A DNA stretch of 64,000 nt. It comes from Hemiscyllium ocellatum. Lineage: Eukaryota. The stretch is from NCBI RefSeq assembly GCF_020745735.1, contig NC_083433.1:8319363-8383362 (forward strand), in the 5' to 3' direction. This document shows, in pieces, positions 57,420 to 64,000 of this stretch. Position 1 is the first letter of the stretch; each line of letters begins with the position of its first letter. The position numbers and the translations under genes are program-made. The notes beneath the pieces are model-generated. The model saw only the letters and a program-made list of their open reading frames with translations, was not told the origin of the DNA and did no database searches.

Positions 57420-60400
57420 ATCCAGTTTGGAAGGGAGGAAAGGGGTCTATGATTAAAAATTAAACTTAAAAGTCAACAATTTGGGCATGAAAGCTGAGCT
57501 GGCTGAAGTGAAGTGTGATTTGAGACAAAGAGATCGGTAGAGAATCGGTGTCACACATTAAAAGGGATATTTCAGAATATGTACCTTTTTTAGATTACAT
57601 TAGATTACTTACAGTGTGGAAACAGGCCCTTCAGCCCAACAAGTCCACACCGACCCGCCGAAGCGCAACCCACCCATAACCCTACCCTAATTCTAGGGGC
57701 AATTTAGCATGGCCAATTCACCTGACCTGCACATCTTTGGACTGTGGGAGGAAACTGGAGCACCCGGAGGAAACCCACACAGACACGGGGAGAATGTGCA
57801 AACTCCACACAGTCAGTCACCTGAGTCGGGATCTGAACCCGGGTCTCTGGTGCTGTGAGGCAGCAGTGCTAACCACTGTGCCACCGTGCCGCCCTCACCC
57901 ACCATCTGCGAGGATCTAAAGTTAATGAGAGCATCAAACTTAAAGAAACATTATATCATTGTGTGAAGGGAGTGGCCGGTCAGATGACAGGTCAGAGCAC
58001 AAAGAAGAGCAGAGAAGGACTAAAAGGACAAATGAATTAAAGCATGAGAGAAAGCTAGAAATGTGAAAACAGTAAGTGAGAGTTTCTACTAGTATCTAAA
58101 AGGGAAAAGAGTAGACTGAGTGTTGGCCTTCAACAGAATAATAATGGGAAGTTGGTAAGGAAATGGCAGATGAAATGAACAAATATTTTCCCCCCTGTTC
58201 GTATTAAAGCGTGGAAAAGCATCCCAATGAAACCCATATATCAAGAGGTTGGTGGAAGAGGGGAACTTGTTGAAATCATCACTAGGGAAGCAATACAGAG
58301 CAAACTAAAGGAGCTAAGGTTGAAAACTCTTTGGTTCCTGATGGATTCCATCTTGTGGTTTTGAGGGATGTGGCTAATGAGGTAGTGGATGTATTAGTGG
58401 TAATTTTCCTAAATTCACTAATTATGGAAAGTTCCATGAAACTTGAAAATAGCAAATGTTCCCTGTTTATGGAAACAAAGAGGGAGCAAGGTGGGTATAG
58501 CCCAGTTAGCTCAAGGCCTGTCATGGGAAGGGTGTGATAATGGCCACTTGGAAATAATCAAAATAACCTGGAAGAGTCAACATGGTTTTGTGAAAGGAAA
58601 ATCATGTTTAACCAATTTATTGGATTTCTTTGAAAGGTTAAAATGTACTGTGGGTAAAGGGGATCCCATTGTTGGACTGCACTAGGATTTTCAGAACGTA
58701 TTTGACAAAGTTCCACATATAAAGTTATTGCGCAAAGTAGGATCTCTTGGTTTCAGGGGTAAACATGTTAGCATCAATTAAAAACTTGGCTGGTTGAAAG
58801 AAAATAGAGAATATGTAGAGAATCGTAGAGATGTACAGCACAGAAACAGACCCTTCGGTCCAACCCATCCATGCTGACCGGATATCCCAACCCAATCTAA
58901 TCCCACCTGGTAGCACCCGACCCATATCCCTCCAAACCCTTCCTATTCATATACCTATCCAAATGCCTTTTAAATATTACTTCCTCTGGCAGTTCATTAC
59001 ATTCAAGTACCACCCTCTGAGTGAAAAAGTTGCCCCTTGGGTCTCTTTTATATCTTTCCCTTCTCACCCTAAACCTATGTCCTCCAGTTCTGGACTCCCC
59101 CCACCCTAGGGAAAAGATCTTGCCTATTTATCCTATCTATGCCCCTCATGACTTTATAGACTTCTATAAGGTCATCCCTCAGCCTCTGACACTCCAGGGA
59201 AAACCAACCTAGCCTATTCAACCTCTCCCTGTAGCTCAAATCCTCCAACCCTGGCAACATCCTTATAGATCTTTTCTGAACCCGTTCACTCCAATAGGAA
59301 GGAGACCAGAATTGCACGCAATAGTCCAACAGTGGCCCAACCGAAGTCAATGTCCTGTACCATGACCTCCCAACTCCTGGAGCCAATACTCTGACCAATA
59401 AAGGAAAGCATACCAAGCATCGCCTTCACTATCCTATCTACCTGCGACTCCACTTTCAAGGAGCTATGAACCTGCACTCCCAGGTCTCTCTGTTCAGCAA
59501 CACTCCCTAGGACCTGAACATTGTGTTTAAATCCTGGTAAGATTTGCTTTCCCAGGATGCAGTACCTCACATTTATCCAAAATAAACTCCATCTGCCACT
59601 TCTCAGCCCATTGGCCCATGCATAAATGGGTCTTTTTCAGATTGGCAAGATATGATGATTAATAATTTATTTTGATAATTTGGAGGTAGGGATTGAGGAC
59701 GTGGTTGCTAAATTTTCAGATGACATCAAGACAGGTCAGAAAATAAATTGTGAAGATGACATAACAAGTATGTAGACCAGTTAGACACATTTTATGTCAG
59801 TGGGCGAAAATCTGGCAGGTGGAATATAACGGAGAGCGAAGTGAAGATGTTCATGTTGATAGGAAGAATAAAAGAATAGCATTGTTTAAATGGTGAGGAA
59901 TTAGAGAATTCTGAGGGACAGAGGGATCCAGGTGTTTGACTGCTTAAGTGACGAAAGTTAATACATTCGTGCAGCAAGTGATAAAGAAGACCAATGGATT
60001 TCTATCCTTTATGACTAGAGTAACTGAATATAAGAGTTAGTTATATAGGGCATTATGAGACCATGTCTTGGTCACTTTGCATAAGGAAGGGTGTAAAGAC
60101 ATGATCTTCTGATGCTGCCTGGCTTGCTGTTTTCTTCCAGCCTCCTGCTTGTCTACCTTGGATTCCAGCATCTGCGTTTTTTTTGTTTCTGTATAGATTG
60201 ATTACCAGATTGATTACCGGAATGAGCAGGTTGTCGTGTACGAAAAGATTGGGCCTATTTTCATTTAGTTCAGAACAGTGAGAGATGACATCATTGAATG
60301 ATGTAAGATTCTGAGCAGTCTTGACAAGATGAAGATGCAAAGGACATTTGGATCAGTCCAGAGTTTGGTCATCCTTTTAGGGTAGAGATGAGGGGATTTT
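57420..60400 (+). mobile_element. Old decayed CR1 LINE hosting a nested HE1 SINE (57590-57895, -), a younger CR1 (58822-59619, -) and a fold-back half element (about 60105-60190)
   Basis: RT motifs SQHGFVKGKSCLTNLLDFFE (ORF 58443), PDGFHLVVLRDVANEVVD and KFSDDIK near 59710; colinear on both sides of each insertion. Confidence 0.85.
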
Positions 60401-60417
60401 TTTTTAAATGATGTGAT

Positions 60418-60920
60418 GTACGTATGTAAGGATACTAGTGAGAGTGGGTCATGTCTTTTTGTAGCTAGTTTTCTGTCTGTTTGTCCAATGTAGTGTTTGT
60501 TACAGTCCTTGCAAGGTATTTTGTAAATGACATTAGTTTTGTCGTCTGTATCGGATCTTTCAAGTTCATTAGCTTGATAGGTTTGTGGGACACCATGATG
60601 CCAAGAGGTCTGAGTGGTCTGGCAGTCATTTCTGAGATGTCTTTGATGTAGGAGAAGAATGGCTAGAGTTTGTGGACGTGTTTTGTCAGGTTGTTGGGGT
60701 TTGTTCCTGAGAAATCGGTGGACTATGTTCATTGGGTACCTGTCCTTTTTGAAAACCCTGTCTAGGTGATTTTGTGGGTTGTGGGTGTTGGAATGGTTGC
60801 TTCTGTAGTTCTGTATTTGGTCCGTATATGTTGTTTTCCTGTAGACGCTAGTTTGAAGCTCCCCATTGCCTGTTTTCTCTCCTGTGACATCTAGGTTTGG
60901 CAGTTTGTTGTTGTTTTCCA
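60418..60920 (-). mobile_element. Penelope-like element fragment (RT thumb to GIY-YIG)
   Basis: ORF 60265 KTNVIYKIPCKDCNKHYIGQTDRKLATKRHDPLSLVSLH. Confidence 0.9.
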
Positions 60921-62510
60921 GTTAAACAATTCCAGAAAATGAAACCAGATGGGACCAACACCCCATGATTCTACGGACTACCAGTAATCCATAAACCAGG
61001 AGCCCCCCATAGTCTCACTACCTGGAACACCAACTTACAGACTGGCCAAAGAACTACACGCAAGACTGAAATATCTAATAGAAATATCACAGCACTCCAT
61101 GCACTCCACCCAGGAATTCCTAAAAATCATCAAAAACACCAAAATAGAGGAAGACGAAACAATGATCTCATTCGGCGTAACAGCACTGTTCACCTCCATC
61201 AACATCGACCTGGCAAAGGAAACACTTACCACACTTTTTAGAAGAGACCATCACATACATCCCAACCACCGTCAATCACATTACCAACGAAAACATCATG
61301 AAGCTAGTGGACCCGTGCCTCACCACCCACTTCACCTTCAACAACATAATTTACAAACAAACCAACGGCACACCCATGGGATCTCTGCTATCAGGACTCG
61401 TACTAGAAGCGGTAATGCAAAGACTAGAACAAACAGCCCGACCAACCATCAATCCAAAAATCTGGGTCCGCTACGTAGATGACACCTTTGTCATCACAAA
61501 ACAAAACAAGATAGAAGAGACATTTAACATCATCAACGACACCCTCACAGGCATAAAGTTCACCAAGGAGGAAGAAACCGACAACAAACTCGCATTCCTG
61601 GACGTCACTGTAGAAAGAAAGGACAAGGGAAAATTACAAACCTGCGTATACAGAAAACCGACAAACACTGACCAGATACTTAACTACACCAGCAACCATC
61701 CCAACACACACAAACGAAGCTGTATCAGAACACTATTCCAACGAGCCACCACACACTGCAGCACAGATGAACTTCGGAAAACAGGGGAGAACCACCTATA
61801 CAACGTATTCAAGAAGAATAGATACTCAAAAAATAGTGTGCAGGTTCCTCAAGGACAAACCATGACAAGCAGATCAAACACAGCCAGAAACCCTAACCAC
61901 CTTACCATACTTCAAAGAAGTTTTAGAAATGACAGCCAGACTACTAAGACCCCTTGGAATCCTAGTAGCAGACAAACCCACTAACACTCCCAACAAAAAC
62001 TAACAAACTTAAAAGACCCAGTACAACCCATGGACAAAACCAACGTCATCTTCAAGATTCCATGCAAGGATTGCCGCAAACACTACGTAGGACAAACGGG
62101 AAGAAAGTTAGCCACCAGGATACACGAACACCAGCTTGCCACAAAAAGACATGACCCTCTCTCCCTCGTAGCCCTACATACGGATGAAAACAACCACCAT
62201 TTTGACTGGGACAACACATCTATCCTGGGACAGGCTAAGCAAAGACATGCCAGAGAATTCCTAGAGGCCGGGCACTCCAACCACAATGCCATAAACAAGC
62301 ACACAGATCTAGATGCCATCTTTTAACCCCTCAGAAAACGAACAGGAAATGACATCACCACAAATCCCAGGAACCCCATCCAGGAGAAAGATATAAATAG
62401 AAAGCCGGAGACAACAGCTTCGCTTCACTTGGAGGTCGCCACTGATGATGTTACCTAGCCAGGTAATGAAACGTCTGGACATCAAGCCTACAGCTCAGCG
62501 TGGAAACCTA
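60921..62510 (+). mobile_element. Penelope-like retroelement, 5'-truncated and frameshifted: RT, GIY-YIG endonuclease and hammerhead-bearing terminal repeat
   Basis: MISFGVTALFTSI, YKQTNGTPMGS, WVRYVDDTF, LAFLDV, VYRKPT (PLE RT); NVIFKIPCKDCRKHYVGQTGRKLATRIHEH..REFLEA (GIY-YIG). Confidence 0.95.
62439..62478 (+). ncRNA. Minimal type I hammerhead ribozyme motif in the Penelope 3' repeat
   Basis: CCA CUGAUGA U G UUACCU AGCC AGGUAA U GAAAC GUC UGG: stem I CCA/UGG, stem II UUACCU/AGGUAA. Confidence 0.78.
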
Positions 62511-62514
62511 CATC

Positions 62515-63270
62515 CTTTCCTCCTCTTTAGTAAATTTTATGCTAGTATTATTGATGGTCTTAAAGGTTTCCTCTAATTTGTTTTGTTTAGTGATGATAAA
62601 GGTGTCATCCACGTGGTGGACTCAAAGCTTGGGTTGGATGGTTGGCAGAGCTGTTTGTTCGAGTCTCTGCATTACTGCCTCTTCTAAGAACCCTGATATC
62701 GGAGATCCCATGGGTGTTCCATTGGTTTGGCTGTAGGTTTCGTTGTTGAAGGTGAAGTGGGTGGTAAGGTGTAGGTCCACTAGCTTGATGACATTGTCCT
62801 TGCTGATGAAGTTGGTGGTGTTTGGTGTATGTGTCTTTGGTTCTTCTAATAGTGTAGTCAGTGTTTCCTTGCCAGGTTGATGTTGATGGATGTGAATGGT
62901 GCTGTTAGGTCAAAGGAGACCATTATTTCATCCTCTTCTATATGTTGATGTCTTTGGTCTTCAGGAATTCTTGGGTGGATGGATGGATGGAGTGGAGGGC
63001 GTGAGCCTTTAAGTCTTTTAGTCTTTGGTGTAACTCGTTGACCAATTTGTAAGTTGATGTTCCAGGTAGCGAGACAATGAATCTGAGGGAGGACTCCTGA
63101 TTTGTAAATTTTGGGTAATCTGTAGAAATGTGGTGTGTTTGATCTGTCTGGTTTCATTTTTTGGAAGTTGGTCTTAAGTATTTCTCCAGATTTCTGAAGT
63201 TTTTTGAGTAGAGCTGTGATTCGGTTCTCTAGTTGTGGGATTGGGTCTGTCGCCACTTGTAAGTGTTGGT
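62515..63270 (-). mobile_element. Penelope-like RT fragment, inverted
   Basis: ORF 62858 TPHFYRLPKIYK..EEDEIMVSFDLTAPFTSININLA; minus strand GTPMGSPISG near 62700. Confidence 0.9.
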
Positions 63271-63277
63271 ATGTGGT

Positions 63278-63920
63278 ACCAGACCTGCCAACCATCCAAT
63301 CCAGACTTTGGGTTTGCCACGTGGCTGACACCTTTGTCATCACTGAACAAAACAAATTAGAGGAAACCTTCAAGACCATTAATAATATCCTTACTGGCAA
63401 AAAATTAACTCAGAGGAGGAAAACAACAACAAATTGCCATTCCTAGATGTCGTAGTAGAGCGAACAGCCAATGGGCAACCTCAAACCAGTGTCTACAGGA
63501 AAACAACACATTCTGACCAAATACTGAACAACAGAAGCAACCATCCCAACACCCACAAACAAAGCTGCATTAGAACATTATTTCAACGAGTCACCACACA
63601 CTGCAACTACGCAGAGCAGAGGAAAATCACCTACACAGCATATTCAAAAAGAATGGGCACTCAATGAACACAGTCTGCAGATTTCTCAGGAACAAACCCC
63701 AACAACCAGACAAAACACATCCAGAAACCCTAGCCACTCTCCCCTACATCAAAGACCTCTCAGATATGACTGCCAGACTACTCAGACCTCTTGGCTTCAT
63801 GGTGTTCCACAAACCCACCAACACACTAAAACAGCAGCTAATGAACTTGAAAGACCCTATACAGATGACAAGCAAAACTACTGTTATTTACAAAATACCT
63901 TGAATTGTAACAAACACTGC
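63278..63920 (+). mobile_element. Penelope-like RT/linker fragment
   Basis: WVCHVADTFVITEQNKLEE, PFLDVVVER..VYRKTTH, TLPYIKDLS..VIYKIP. Confidence 0.9.
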
Positions 63921-64000
63921 AGAGCAGCAATTCACTAAGCTGTGATCAAAAAACCTTCTAGACACATAATCTCTATTCTCCAGAAGGACAGGAGATGTGT

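Noticed and set aside
61298-61984. RT ORF as a domesticated gene, telomerase or retron
   Set aside because: Frameshifted and truncated, linked to a GIY-YIG domain and a PLE terminal repeat; a decayed Penelope-like element.

Overview
Vertebrate genomic DNA, almost certainly an elasmobranch (shark), judged from HE1/V-type SINEs, their CR1-clade partner LINEs and Deu-domain SINEs. Three spliced protein-coding genes were reconstructed by hand from GT-AG boundaries and reading phase. (1) A conventional-type prolactin on + (exons 91-275, 3708-3815, 5150-5329, 7622-7804; exon 1 lies upstream of the window; mature peptide about 197 aa with six Cys). (2) A complete PIH1D1 on - (10 coding exons, 32076 to 16396, 297 aa, plus a probable non-coding first exon ending at 37850), convergent with prolactin. 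(3) The first five exons of ALDH16A1 on + (from 38188), head-to-head with PIH1D1 across a roughly 300-bp CpG-rich promoter with ETS/GABP and RFX X-box-like motifs. The rest is largely transposon-derived: CR1 and other LINE fragments, SINEs, Tigger/pogo-type MITEs and a Penelope-like element cluster (60.4-63.9 kb). The most striking hidden structure is a set of minimal hammerhead-ribozyme motifs (CUGANGA-N-stem II-GAAAC-GUC) with compensatory base changes between copies. They occur in Penelope terminal repeats and at the centre of many short, non-coding fold-back retroelements, three of which have 11-17 bp target-site duplications. Several lie in sense orientation within introns of all three genes. 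There is one 100-N assembly gap (37468-37567). All family assignments come from recognition of the sequence; no searches were run.
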